A stretch of DNA of 64,000 nucleotides, from NCBI GenBank assembly GCA_965208675.1, contig OZ242351.1, positions 3,648,001-3,712,000 of the forward strand. The letters are read 5' to 3'. Positions 9,682 through 21,400 of this stretch are shown here, in pieces; positions within the stretch are counted from its first letter, which is position 1, and every line of letters starts with the position of its first letter. The stretch comes from Candidatus Poribacteria bacterium. GTDB taxonomy: Bacteria > Poribacteria > WGA-4E > PCPOR2b. Both the position numbers and the translations under genes were made by a program. The notes beneath the pieces are model-generated. The model searched no databases. It was not told the origin of the DNA and worked only from the letters and a program-made list of their open reading frames with translations.

Positions 9682-11466
9682 TTAATGGACGAAATGTCGT
9701 CTTCGGTTTGATAGTTCAACAAGTTCCTTAAGCGTCTCAATGTTATCATCACCCTTCGTCAGGGCGGTGGAACGTCTTTCACGCTCTATATCGCGCAATA
9801 GAAATTCACTGAGTTTTTTCAAACACCCTTCAACCCGCACTTTAAGATTTGGCGTAATCTTCCTTTGCAGGAGGGCATTCGAGATAGTGCCTTTAATTCT
9901 CTCATTCTCACAAGTGTCAATCAGGCCTTGCACGTCAAGTGGGTCGTCAGACTTGCACCCGTCCCATAGCATTTGCGCAATAATTGCAAAATCGGGGTGT
10001 GTAAAATCTTGATAGCGAAATTTCTCTTTTACACCTCGAATAAGATTCGGACTCTGAATTAGGGATTCAATCAACTGCCATTCGATTGACTCGCGCGGCT
10101 TGAGGCTTGCCTTTCCGGCATATTGGGAGGGGGGACGCACCTGGGAAGAACGGTTTGCTTTCACACCGAGACGCTGCAATTCCTTCGATAGCACTTCACG
10201 TTCAATATTGAGTTCTTGCGCGGCATATGTAATATATTCATTTAGTTCAACATTGCTTGTAATATGAGACAAGGTTAATGCAATCTCTTTAACTGTATGA
10301 GTTTTCACATCAATTCGGCGGATTGCATCTTGTTGAGAAGCGCGTTGAATCTGAAATTCGATGAGATTCATCGCAGAGTTGCAGAGTTGATTAAACGCGT
10401 CCAAACCTTGTGATTGAATAAATTGATCTGGATCTTCACCAGTCGGCAGAAGCGCAATGCGAACACGCAGCCCTTTCTTCAGAAGAATGTGCAACCCTCG
10501 AAGCGTCGCTTGGAAACCCGCGGCATCGCCATCATAAACGATAACCGTCTCTTCAGCAAATCGATTCAATAAACTGGCGTGTGATTCGCTAAATGCCGTT
10601 CCTAATGAGGCAACAACATGTTTCACACCTACCTGATAGGGCATGATCGCATCAAAATAGCCCTCGACCAGAATGGCTTTCCCTGCCTTCTGAATTGCTT
10701 GCCGTGCATGGTATAGATTATAGAGCGTTTTGCTTTTATCATAAAGACCTGTTGTAGGCGAATTCAGATACTTGGGAAGCGTTTCTTCAGATAACGCGCG
10801 CCCGCCGAATCCAACAGGTATCCCGCGTTCATCAAGAATTGGAAATATGATTCGACCTCGAAAGCGGTCTATGGACCCGTGTTCATCCTTCTTGATGAGC
10901 CCGGCATCAATTAACTGTTGCACCGAAAAATCGGCTTTTGCCGCAGTTTTGAAAAGATCTTGGCGTCCACGGGTGGCATACCCGAGTTGGAAATGGCGGA
11001 TGGTTTCATCTTTTACACCGCGCTTTTTGAGATATGCCAACGCGTGGCCGCCGATTTGAGGCGTCAAGAGTTGTCGATGAAAATGCGCCATGGCAAAACG
11101 GTTGACATCCTGAAGTTCAAGACGTTTACGACTTTTCTCACGCGATTTCCCGTCCTGACTCGGCAATGAAATTCCAACACGTTGCGCTAACCACGCTACG
11201 GCTTCTATGAAAGGCATACCTTCATGTTTCTGAAGGAAGCTAATCACATTGCCGCCGCTATTGCAACCGAAACAGTAGAAGATTTGCTTCTCGGGAGATA
11301 CGCTGAAGGAGGGCTTTTGCTCTTCGTGGAAGGGACAGAGCGCACTGAATTCCTTACCGGCGGCACGCAACGGAATTCCACACTCAGATATCACCTCCGC
11401 AATATCGTTTTGTGCTCGAATTTCGTTCAGTAGTTCCGGTGGAATGTAATTCGACGATTGATTCAT
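9682..11466 (-). CDS. dnaG: DNA primase
   Basis: CPFH...CFGC zinc ribbon, PKYLNSP, TOPRIM VEGYFD / YDGDAAG, EDPD. Confidence 0.97.
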   Translation of the reverse strand: MNQSSNYIPPELLNEIRAQNDIAEVISECGIPLRAAGKEFSALCPFHEEQKPSFSVSPEKQIFYCFGCNSGGNVISFLQKHEGMPFIEAVAWLAQRVGISLPSQDGKSREKSRKRLELQDVNRFAMAHFHRQLLTPQIGGHALAYLKKRGVKDETIRHFQLGYATRGRQDLFKTAAKADFSVQQLIDAGLIKKDEHGSIDRFRGRIIFPILDERGIPVGFGGRALSEETLPKYLNSPTTGLYDKSKTLYNLYHARQAIQKAGKAILVEGYFDAIMPYQVGVKHVVASLGTAFSESHASLLNRFAEETVIVYDGDAAGFQATLRGLHILLKKGLRVRIALLPTGEDPDQFIQSQGLDAFNQLCNSAMNLIEFQIQRASQQDAIRRIDVKTHTVKEIALTLSHITSNVELNEYITYAAQELNIEREVLSKELQRLGVKANRSSQVRPPSQYAGKASLKPRESIEWQLIESLIQSPNLIRGVKEKFRYQDFTHPDFAIIAQMLWDGCKSDDPLDVQGLIDTCENERIKGTISNALLQRKITPNLKVRVEGCLKKLSEFLLRDIERERRSTALTKGDDNIETLKELVELSNRRRHFVH

Positions 11467-11496
11467 CTCAACCCACCAATTTTCTTAGCCCTTAGT

Positions 11497-13944
11497 TTAA
11501 TCCTGTAGGCTAATGGTTGTCACGCCCGCGCCGCCTTGGTTAAGTGGTGCTTCCCGAAAATCTACAACTAAAGGATGCTCACATAAAAATTTCTGTATTG
11601 CACCGCGTAGCGCACCGGTGCCTTTGCCGTGGATAATTCGAACAGTTGATAAACCGGCGAGAAAAGCGTCGTCCAAGTATTTATCGGTTTCATCTAACGC
11701 ATCGTTGACTGTTTTCCCTCGCAGATTTAGTTCGGTTTCGACAACGCCCGCCTTTTGGTCTTGTACATCCAACACGGAAGCAGACAGATTCGGTGTGTCG
11801 CCCCCAACCGACGGACATAATTCAACTTCATCATATGAAACCTGCATCGCCATATTCCGAACCCAGATTTTTAACGGCGCCTTGCTGCTTTTTTTGATTG
11901 ATAGGACTTCCCCAAACTGATTTAGTTCTTTGAGCCGAACCTTATCTCCCACCTGTATCGTTGGAAGTGATAGGAGGTCTGTCTGCGCTTCTCCCTTTGG
12001 TAGATGGCGCTCCTCGAGTTCATTTTCAGCATTCTCAATGTGTGTGAAAGCCGAACGTACACTTCTTTTTGATGCACCATCGTTTCGCACGTCCGCGATT
12101 GTTTGTTCAATTAGTTTACGCGCATTCTTGAGAATCTCGGCGGCCTCTTTTTCTGCCGCTCGCTTAAGTTCATCGCGCTCAACTTCAAATTGGCTAATTA
12201 GCGCTTCATGTTTTTTATATTTGGTTTCAGCCGCTCGGACTCTCCCCTGCACAATTTCACGCTCAGCTTCAAGTTCACGTTGTGATTCTTGCATGCTAAC
12301 GATGAAGTCTTCAACGGCGACTAGCCGACCGCCCATGTGCGCTTTTGCCTCGTCAGTTATCGAGTCGGCCATTCCCAACCGCTGCGCGATTTTTATCGCA
12401 TTACTACTTCCCGGCACGCCAATTAGAAGCCGATAGGTAGGGCTTAAAGATAGCCAATCAAACTCCATAGAGGCGTTCTCCATCCCCTCCTGAGTATGGG
12501 CAAACGATTTCAAGATGCCGTAATGGGTTGTTACCATAGTACGAGCGCCATTTTTGCCAAGCCGGTCAAGAATCGCCATACCCAATGCTGCTCCCTCAGT
12601 AGGGTCTGTGCCTGCACCAAGTTCGTCCAGCAGCACCAACGACTTCCCATCATGCCGTGCATTGCCATTGTGGATGTTGCCTCGTTCAATATGCTTCAAA
12701 ATCTCAATAATCTTGGTGATGTGCGATGAAAACGTGCTCAAATTCTGTTCGATACTCTGTTCGTCGCCAATATCGGCGAATATATCATCAAATACCGCAA
12801 TTTCACTACCGCTTCGTGCTGGAATGTGCAATCCCGATTGAGCCATGAGCGTCAGCAGACCGATTGTTTTGAGAACGACAGTTTTTCCGCCTGTGTTGGG
12901 CCCTGTAATGACGACCGTGTGAAATGAGTCGCCGATGTGTAAATCAGTCGGAACTATGTGCTCCGGTTTACCCGATTTCCCTTTCCCCCCATGTGCTCTT
13001 AAACTCGCTTCTAGTAAGGGATGCCTCGCTGATTTCAATTTCACAAAACCGCGTGTGTTGAGGCGGGGTTCAACCGCGTTCAGCTTAAGACTTAATTCTG
13101 TCTTTGCACCCAAGAAATCCAGTTCGCCCAGTGTGTCCATTGCGGCTTCCAGATTGGTTGAACACTCGCGAACTTGTTCACTCAATGCAAACAACACCCT
13201 GCAAACCTCTTCACGTTCTTCATCTGCTAGTATATGCAAGGTGTTATTGAGTTCAACAATACTGAAAGGTTCTATGAATACGGTTGCCCCACTTGTGGAT
13301 TGCCCTTGGACAATTCCAGGGAAATGGCTTCTAGCGTCTTGTTTAATTGGAATGACGTAGCGATCGTTTCGGAGGGTGATGATGTTTTCTTGGAGCGATT
13401 TCTGATGGTGGGAAGAACGTAGGATTGTTTCTAATTTCGATTGAATCTTTTCCCGGGTGTTCACCAACTGCAGTCGGATATGCCTAAAGGTCCGACTCGC
13501 TTGATCTAGAATTTCACCTTCCGAACCGATACAGCCGGCAATTGATTTGGATAACTCGATAAATTGCGGAAGATTATTGACGAGTGAGCAAAGGTTTGGA
13601 AAGTCGTCCGCGTCTATTTTCGCTAACCATCGTCTGACGTTCTGAGCAACGTTCGCAAAACGACTGACATCAAGGAGTTCATCGGCTTCTAGTATTGCGC
13701 CCGGCTTCACTGCCTTTCGAAGAACCGGAGAAATATCCGTTAAACCCCTTAGTGGAAAACCGGTCGATGATTCATAAAAAGCCTTCGCCTCACTACCAAG
13801 TTTTTGTTGTTCTCGAATCTCATCTATCTTCCGGCTCGGCCTTAGCTTCTCTACTCTTGATACGCCCAACTGAGAAAGAGCATATTTCTTGAGCAGTGAT
13901 TTCAACTTATCATATTCAAGAACTTTTTCTGTATGGGCGACCAT
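11497..13944 (-). CDS. mutS2: Endonuclease MutS2
   Basis: ITGPNTGGKT, DIGDEQSIEQNLSTFSSH, LLDELGAGTDP, C-terminal Smr domain (IIHGKGTGALR). Confidence 0.95.
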   Translation of the reverse strand: MVAHTEKVLEYDKLKSLLKKYALSQLGVSRVEKLRPSRKIDEIREQQKLGSEAKAFYESSTGFPLRGLTDISPVLRKAVKPGAILEADELLDVSRFANVAQNVRRWLAKIDADDFPNLCSLVNNLPQFIELSKSIAGCIGSEGEILDQASRTFRHIRLQLVNTREKIQSKLETILRSSHHQKSLQENIITLRNDRYVIPIKQDARSHFPGIVQGQSTSGATVFIEPFSIVELNNTLHILADEEREEVCRVLFALSEQVRECSTNLEAAMDTLGELDFLGAKTELSLKLNAVEPRLNTRGFVKLKSARHPLLEASLRAHGGKGKSGKPEHIVPTDLHIGDSFHTVVITGPNTGGKTVVLKTIGLLTLMAQSGLHIPARSGSEIAVFDDIFADIGDEQSIEQNLSTFSSHITKIIEILKHIERGNIHNGNARHDGKSLVLLDELGAGTDPTEGAALGMAILDRLGKNGARTMVTTHYGILKSFAHTQEGMENASMEFDWLSLSPTYRLLIGVPGSSNAIKIAQRLGMADSITDEAKAHMGGRLVAVEDFIVSMQESQRELEAEREIVQGRVRAAETKYKKHEALISQFEVERDELKRAAEKEAAEILKNARKLIEQTIADVRNDGASKRSVRSAFTHIENAENELEERHLPKGEAQTDLLSLPTIQVGDKVRLKELNQFGEVLSIKKSSKAPLKIWVRNMAMQVSYDEVELCPSVGGDTPNLSASVLDVQDQKAGVVETELNLRGKTVNDALDETDKYLDDAFLAGLSTVRIIHGKGTGALRGAIQKFLCEHPLVVDFREAPLNQGGAGVTTISLQD

Positions 13945-13970
13945 AGCTTTTCCAACATTACTCGGAGTTA

Positions 13971-15092
13971 CTAGTCCGAGTCAGCAAATTTTACAGTGTG
14001 TTGGAGTCTATCGTGATGGAAGCGAGCAGTTTCATAGAGGTTGCGGCTCGGCGCAAAGTCGAGATTTACTGCTTGATCGTAATAGTACAAAGCCGTGCTC
14101 TGTTGACCCTCCGACTCATAACGGCGCGCATCTCGAAAGTTTTTTAGAAAATCATCTGCTTTCTTTTCAAAGTTATAAATTCCTGAACGTAACGCCTTAG
14201 TTAATCCGCGGTCAATTTCTCTATTGACTTTGTAGAGATGTACCGCGTCAACGTATGCAATGAAGGCTTTATAATAAGCTCCTTCACTTTCTAGCTTTTC
14301 GGCCTCCGACACATTGGGGGCGTCTGGAAGCGAAGCGAGCAACGATTTAACGCTCGGAGTTAGGTTGCGTCCGAAAATGAAATCGCGGCTTTTCTCTTGG
14401 ATGGCTTTGTCTAGGTTTTCAGCAAATAGATCTATAATATTTTTATAAATTGCTACTGCGTCGTCAAGGCGGTCGAGTTTCTCATAGCATCGTGCTTGGC
14501 TCAACTGGGCATCTACAAGTGCATGCTCGCGAACTGGTACCGGGAGGTCTGGCAGATTTTCATAGGCTTCAATTGCTTTTTCATATTGGCCTTGCTGCTC
14601 ATAACAGTTTCCTATTGCCTTTTGAGCATACAAAGAAAAAATCTGATTATCCGATTCACGGCTTTCCTTGACGGATTCAAATTGTTCTATTGCCGCCGCA
14701 TAATCACCCTGGTAATAGAGGGTCCTCGCATAGTTGTATCGCGCTCTATCAGCAAACGGGGTGCCAGAAAAATTCTGGAAAATCGTTTGAAACGCCTCGC
14801 CCCCTGTCTGGAATTGCTCACCGCTAGTTTCGAACTTCTCGTGATCCAACCAACCGTCTTCCGCTTCTAAATATTTTTCAATGGCTTCCGCAAAAGCTAG
14901 AGATGCTTCCGCACGCGTCTCTTGTTGTTCTTGTGAATAGAAGGAAATTCCTGCTACAAGAACAAGCACAACCGCTGCTGTAATGATTATCAATCTTAAG
15001 TGCTTCTTGAGAAAATCGTAAAATTTGAGGACAGACTCGACAAATTGATCTCGTTTTATCTCTTCCTTTGTCAGACGGTTACCTTGAGCCAT
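13971..15092 (-). CDS. Membrane-anchored tetratricopeptide repeat protein (YfgM-like N-terminus)
   Basis: RLTKEEIKRDQFV N-terminus, single TM helix, TPR repeats; GAGGA RBS before ATG 15092. Confidence 0.8.
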   Translation of the reverse strand: MAQGNRLTKEEIKRDQFVESVLKFYDFLKKHLRLIIITAAVVLVLVAGISFYSQEQQETRAEASLAFAEAIEKYLEAEDGWLDHEKFETSGEQFQTGGEAFQTIFQNFSGTPFADRARYNYARTLYYQGDYAAAIEQFESVKESRESDNQIFSLYAQKAIGNCYEQQGQYEKAIEAYENLPDLPVPVREHALVDAQLSQARCYEKLDRLDDAVAIYKNIIDLFAENLDKAIQEKSRDFIFGRNLTPSVKSLLASLPDAPNVSEAEKLESEGAYYKAFIAYVDAVHLYKVNREIDRGLTKALRSGIYNFEKKADDFLKNFRDARRYESEGQQSTALYYYDQAVNLDFAPSRNLYETARFHHDRLQHTVKFADSD

Positions 15093-15165
15093 TAGCTTCC
15101 TCAATTAATCTTCTGCGGCGATTTTAGAAACTTAAAATTCTTTCGCTAGAATACACGGTTGTTGA

Positions 15166-15237
15166 AGCGGGTGACGGGAATTGAACCCGCGGCCCTCAGC
15201 TTGGGAAGCTGACGCTCTACCGCTGAGCTACACCCGC
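15166..15237 (-). tRNA. tRNA-Gly(CCC), CCA not encoded
   Basis: GCGGGTG...CACCCGC-T; TCAGC-TTCCCAA-GCTGA arm; followed by TCA instead of CCA. Confidence 0.95.
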
Positions 15238-15251
15238 ACGGAAATTGATAA

Positions 15252-15281
15252 ATTATACTGATTGACATACGCCATTGTCAA
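15252..15281 (-). promoter_or_regulatory. sigma70 promoter of tRNA-Gly
   Basis: TTGACA-N18-TATAAT on the minus strand. Confidence 0.7.
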
Positions 15282-15600
15282 GAGGATTTTCTTGAACATT
15301 TGGGTTAGTTAAAGGCGAAAATTCCAGCACGTTTAATGTGAAGTATCCACAAAATTGAAGGAGCGATCTCCGAAACGCGACTACAATCTTGCCGCGATGC
15401 GCGCCAGTTTTCGCCTAGAGTTTACAAAAACTATGTTATACTTTAAGGGGATTTACCATAAGGAAGGAATGTTTGGCCGCACTCCCGAATTTTCCACCGT
15501 CTGGCATATTTGGGCGGCGGCTGAAAAACTCGGATAAGGAACAACACGCGCAGTATTTAAGTCTTGCCGCGAGTAGACAACTGCAGCAGGAAGATTTCAA

Positions 15601-17082
15601 ATGAGCATACGGTCACGGGGCGCAGTTTTGCTAATCTCCTGTTACGAACTTGGACACGAACCTCACGGTATCAGTCTGCCGCTTGGATTTTTGGAAAATG
15701 CCGGATTTGCACCCGATTCAATGGACATAGCGGTCGAGGCGTTCGACACAGAAAAAATTGAACGGGCTAGATTCATAGGAATCTCGGTACCGATGCACAC
15801 CGCTTTGCGGCTGGGTGTCCATGTCGTGCGGCGCATTCGCGAAATCAATCCGCAAGCAATTATCTGCCTCTACGGCTTGTACGCTGTGCTAAACGCAGAG
15901 TACCTCCTAGAACACGGCGTGGACTTCTGTATAGGGGGCGAGTTTGAAGCACCTCTCACGGAGCTCGTCGAAGCATTCGATTCGCAGCCACAAGACTCCC
16001 CACGCCGCCCAACGCGCAACGTTCCGATAGAGGGTGTTATTCAGCGCGGCGCGAAACCGCGGCCTTTCCTTCGACGGTTGCCTTTCGCTGTCCCAAGCAG
16101 GAACACACTGCCGCCTCTTGAAAAGTACGCCCACTTGGAGCACAACGGCGAGCACCGCGTAACCGGTTACGTCGAGGCAAGCCGGGGGTGCGTACATCTC
16201 TGCACGCATTGTCCGATTCCGCCGGTGTACGGTGGACGGTTTTTTGTAATTCCGCGGGAAATTTTACTTGAAGACATACGAAGACAGGTGAACGCCGGTG
16301 CAACGCATATCACGTTTGGGGATCCCGACTTCCTAAACGGACCAACGCACTCGTTGCGTATCATCCGTGCGATGCATGAGGAATTCCCACACCTCACTTT
16401 CGACTTCACTGCTAAAATCGAGCATATCCTAGAACACCGAAAGGTTTTCCCCGAACTCGCAGCGTCAGGCTGCTTGTTTATGATTTCCGCGGTTGAGTCG
16501 CTAAGTGATACTGTCCTAGAGGTATTGAGTAAGGGCCACAAGCACGAGGACATCGTTGAGGCGTTAAAGATTGTACAAAACGCTGGCATCGCACTTCGTC
16601 CTACCTGGGTCATGTTCACACCGTGGACTACCATAGACGATTACACCAACGTGTTGGAATTTCTCGATACACACAACCTTATTGACCACGTAGACCCGGT
16701 ACAATACGCGATTCGACTGCTGATTCCGCCCGGATCCATTCTGCTTGAGTGCCCTGCCGTGAAGCCTTATCTTGGATCGCTAAACCAAGCATCTTTTAGC
16801 TATGAATGGCGTCACCCCGATCCCCGTATGGATGAACTCCATAAAACCGTCAGTACGTTGGTAGAACGGGATTCCCAAGCAGGCGAGGACGAAATGAGTA
16901 TTTTTTACAGGGTGTGGGCGCTTGCGGCAAAAATGCGGGGTGAGTCACTTCCCGAGTCTGTACACCGTAGTCGCCGCGCTAATCGAATCCAAGTGCCGCG
17001 AATAACCGAGCCATGGTTCTGCTGAGCAGAGCCGACCGAGGGTCAGTTGGACCCGCTTCAAGCACAAATGGCCGGTGTGTAA
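15601..17082 (+). CDS. CUAEP-tail radical SAM selenoprotein (UGA at 17023-17025 read as Sec)
   Basis: B12-binding-like N-domain; CxxxCxxC (CVHLCTHC); ...ITEPWFC-TGA-AEPTEGQLDPLQAQMAGV-TAA matches the CUAEP/CCAEP tail family. Confidence 0.85.
17026..17059 (+). promoter_or_regulatory. Putative bacterial SECIS element
   Basis: GGGTC-AGTTG-GACCC hairpin (17040-17054), loop ~20 nt after the UGA with G at loop position 2; lower GAGC/GCTT pairing. Confidence 0.6.
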
Positions 17083-17548
17083 ATCGGCGGGAGGGATGTT
17101 ATAGACCCATGCGAATTTTCAACTCGCTGTGGTTGGAGGAAATGTACTTGGAAGGACTTGCGCCGTGAAGCATCAAAAAAATTGTAGGAAAGATCTCCGA
17201 GTCGCGACATTTTTGCTCAAGTAAAACCCGGTCCTACACGAGACCTCAAATTAAAAGCGCTGCTACCAATTGTGTTTGTTCTATATTTACAATTCTTGGT
17301 TGAATTAACTATACCAAATTAATTCTCGGGGGCACCACGCCGTAGTTGGAAATGTCCAGCAGTAACATCAAGGGCCTATACGTCGACGTATTCAGAACCA
17401 TATCAGGTATCGTCACAATCAGCTTAATCGCATAGGGGAAACGCCTATTTCCGTAGCAAGTGCCATCCCGCACTTAACCCTGAAGACCGGATTTAGCTAA
17501 GGGTATTTCACACGGTTTTAGGAAAGTGCAGATGTGCTATTCCCCTTA

Positions 17549-18202
17549 TTATCGGCTTTTAACCTTGACTTGAGAGGCGTGAGTTGCGGTGAGATATTTC
17601 GCCAAGACAGAACGTACCTTTGCCTCCGTGAATGCCAAGCCTGGCGCAACAAGCATACATCGTCTAGCAGACCACCGAGAAGACCACATCCTAACAAAAT
17701 CCGAATAGGGCAAATGCCTTATCCTCTGACGTTTTAGATCGTTCGTGCCTGAATGGGCTCTCGAAATATTCGTCAGTTGGATTTGCTCATCGCCGTCGTT
17801 GTAGCCAAGCAATGCCCAGAATTCCACTGGACCGTCATACCGTAACAATACCACAGGCGCCCAGCCTGCTGCAATAAACGCCTTCAATACATCAAGATTG
17901 CAATTCGACACTAGGCTAATATGGTCGTCCTGTCTCTTTATTCTTGCGTAGAAATCTTCAATGCCGTGATTGAGAGGTTGGTTTTTGAAAATAGTTTTCG
18001 GCAACGGCAGCCGTGCTGACTCTACCTCTGCTACCCACGGTAATGACGGGCTTGACGATGCCGGTACATTTCTCGGTGCGAAACTGCCATCTATGGAAGT
18101 TGATGCGCTCGGGATATATCTTTTCCCGGGCGCGGGACCGCAACCATTTAGTAAGATACACAACACTAGAAACATTGCAAGATTAGAAGTTGCAGTTCTC
18201 AT
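17549..18202 (-). CDS. Lipoprotein with degenerate peptidase C39-like domain
   Basis: Lipobox LNGC; LDVLKAFIAAGWAPVVLL...LLGYND resembles the C39-like fold without an evident catalytic His. Confidence 0.55.
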   Translation of the reverse strand: MRTATSNLAMFLVLCILLNGCGPAPGKRYIPSASTSIDGSFAPRNVPASSSPSLPWVAEVESARLPLPKTIFKNQPLNHGIEDFYARIKRQDDHISLVSNCNLDVLKAFIAAGWAPVVLLRYDGPVEFWALLGYNDGDEQIQLTNISRAHSGTNDLKRQRIRHLPYSDFVRMWSSRWSARRCMLVAPGLAFTEAKVRSVLAKYLTATHASQVKVKSR

Positions 18203-18436
18203 AATTCTCTCTACCTTATTTTGCACTGCAATTATATCCCCAAGCGGGTAAACAACGCAGCAGCCAATAAGTAAACCTCCCATTTGAACGATGCATTGAC
18301 CGTTTGCATGCCGACACGGCCAAAACATACGATTTGTTACTAATAGCAAATTCCTTAAACGGCCCCTGAGTAAAATAAGATGAACTGATAGTTGATTGAG
18401 TGGATTAAAACGCGACGGTTAAAATACAAAACCGTC

Positions 18437-21400
18437 TTATCCGCTAAACTTCGCCGAGACGACTTTCGACACCCCCGCCTGCTCCATCGTCACGCCATAC
18501 ATCGTATCGGCAATCTCCATCGTTCGTTTGTTGTGGGTAATAATGATAAGCTGTGTCTGTTCAGCGTATTTCCGAATGAGGTTGGTGAAGCGGAGTACGT
18601 TCGCTTCATCTAGCGCGGCATCAACTTCATCAAGAACACAGAAGGGGCTCGGTTTGATTTTGAAGATTGCAAACAGCAGAGCGATAGCAACCAATGACCG
18701 TTCACCGCCGGACAGTTGTGTTATACTCTGAGGGCGTTTCCCCGGCGGACAGGCGATAATTTCAATCCCGGCTTCTAACACATCGGACTCGTCCGTTAAC
18801 CGCAATTCCGTCTCCCCGCCGTTGAAGAGTTCCTCAAAAACAGCCTGGAAGTTAGATCGAATCTGCTCAAAGGTATTGAGGAAGGCGTCCCGTGAGGTCT
18901 TGTTTATCTTTTGAATCGCCTGATAGGTTGATTCCAGCGACTTCTGCAAATCTTCACGCTGCTCCGCGAAAAAAACCTCGCGTTTCTTGTGTTCGTGATA
19001 CTCTTCAATCGCCACTAGGTTTACGGAACCCATGCTCTCAATCTGAACCTTCAGCGTCTCAATCCCGTCCATCAACTCAAGATTGCTAGACGGATGCTCT
19101 TCAACTTCAATCTGATCTATGGACACCTGATATTTGTCCTGAATGCGCGCGGAGATTGCCTTCAGTTGCATCTCCAATTGTGTAGTCGTTACCTCCAAGT
19201 GATGCCGCATGCGGTTATGTTTATCAAATTCACGCCTCGCTCTGCGCATCAGTTTCTGTGCTTCAGCAATCTGTTCGATTAAACCATCACGCTCCGCTTC
19301 CAGTTGACTCACACACTCTTCGGCTTCAAATTTCCGACCCTCCGCCTGCACAAATTGGCGCTGAGCTTCGTCAATCTGTTCCGAGAGATTCTGTTGCGTC
19401 TGGTTGTCCGAGTCAATAATTTCCTGATGTTCTCCAATGCTCTCGCTGATTTGCACCTGATTTTTCTGCAGTGTTGCGAGCTCACTGCCCAAACCCTGTA
19501 ATCTCTCACGCTTGCCAGCCAGATTAATTTCAAGTTCCTGACACGATTCTGAAACTTCATCTCGCTTCTTACACTCGACTTCAATCTGCTCAGATAGGCG
19601 TTCAATCCGCCGCTGTAGTGTATGTTGTGTTTTTTGGTCTTCCGCAAGTTGGCTTTGAAGCGCCTTCCGGTCTGTCTTGACCTTCTCCGTTTCCTGATGG
19701 AGACTTGCGCCTTCCGTTTCAGCATCGGTCAGTTGCGAGTTGAGATGCGTTAATTTGTCATGAAACTGTTCCAAATCCTTTGTCACGCTTGCACGTTCGA
19801 TTTCGTTGTCTTGCTGTTTCGAGATTAGCGTTTGGCGAGTCTGCTGTAGCTGCGCTAACAGTTTGACATGTTCTTTGCGTTTGACGTCTTTCTTGCTCAC
19901 AACGCCCGTCAGTTGATCGATTCGCTCCTGTAAATCTCCCAACTCTCTCGGCCGGCTAAGCAGGCCGCTGGTTTGAGTTTTGCTGGAACCACCTGTGACT
20001 GCACCGGAGGTATTGATCAATTCCCCTTCCAACGTGACCAAACGCGCGTTTGGACGGAAACTCCGCGTCAATTCTATTGCCCTGTCGATATTTTCAATGA
20101 CGACTGTATTTCCCAACAGTTGTTGAACCGCAACTGTATATTTTGGATCGTATTCCAGCAGTTCGGAGGCTAAACCGATTACACCGGTTTGATTGAGCAG
20201 GTTGTTGTCCCGGAAGGAACGGGAACGGAGAATATCCAGAGGCAAGAAAGTCACCCGACCAGCCTGTGTCTCCTTGAGAAATGTAATCCCCGCCTGGGCA
20301 TCCTCCGCCGTTTCTGTAACGACGTTTTGGAGGGCGTTGCCCAACGCCACTTCCATGGCTAACTCGTAGTCTGGCTCGGTGCGAATCAGTTCCGCGATAA
20401 CTCCGCAAACCCCGCCGAATCGTTCGGGATGTATTTCTCTAGCTTTTAAAATAGCTCGTACGCCTGTATAATAACCCTCGTGGGCAGCTTTTAATTCCTG
20501 CAATGATTTGAGACGCGATACGCTCATGCCAAGCGAATCTTGAAGGCCGCGCATCTCAGATTCCAGCTTCCGAAGTTCATCTTGATGATGTTGCAGTTTT
20601 TCTTCAGTGTTTTGTTTTTCAGTGTCAACCCGAAATTGGTCCGCAGTTAACTGTTGCTCGCGTTTCTGTGCCTTTGTTTGTGCTTCCTTCGCGGTTTCCA
20701 GTTCGGTTTGCAACACCCTTGAGTTCTCAACAACCCGGTTCAAATTGTCCGATGAATACGCAAGTTTGCCTTCGAGTGAAGTGAGCTGCGCTTCCGCCTG
20801 CGAAACTTGGGTGTTCGTTTCATCCAACTGTCCTCTAGTTGTATTCACTGTCTGCTCAGCGTCATTTACTCGCGTAGTGAGTTCTGTTAGAACGCGGCGC
20901 CGCGCGGTTAGGCGGCTTTCCTCCAGCTTGAGCGCGACATCCAGTTGTGTCCGTTCTCGGTTGCGTTCATCCTTTTGGGATTCGAGTTCAGCGTGCTGTT
21001 TCTCCAACGATTCAATCGCTTGAACCGCACGTTGACGCTGCTGCTGGATATTTAACTGTCGTTCCTTGTAAAGCGCAATCTGTCGCTCCGTCTTCTCAAT
21101 TTCACCCATGAATTGACGTACGACCTCTTGCGCATCCCGGATAGATGCGTCTAATTCAGACCGTTTCTCTGTTGCCTCTTCAATCTGTCCTTCGGTCGTT
21201 TCAATTGTCGCATTTGCGCCCGCCGTCAGACTCAAAATTTCATCCAAGCTTAGTTGTGTTTCGGTCAGCTCCTTGACAAAGCGTCCGTGCTCCCGGCGAT
21301 TCAGTTCCAGTTCCAACGTTTTTAACTGATCGTGCAATCGTTGATAACTCTCAGCTTCTTGCGCTTGCCGTTTGAGCGACTCGGTTTCGCGCTGCAATTC

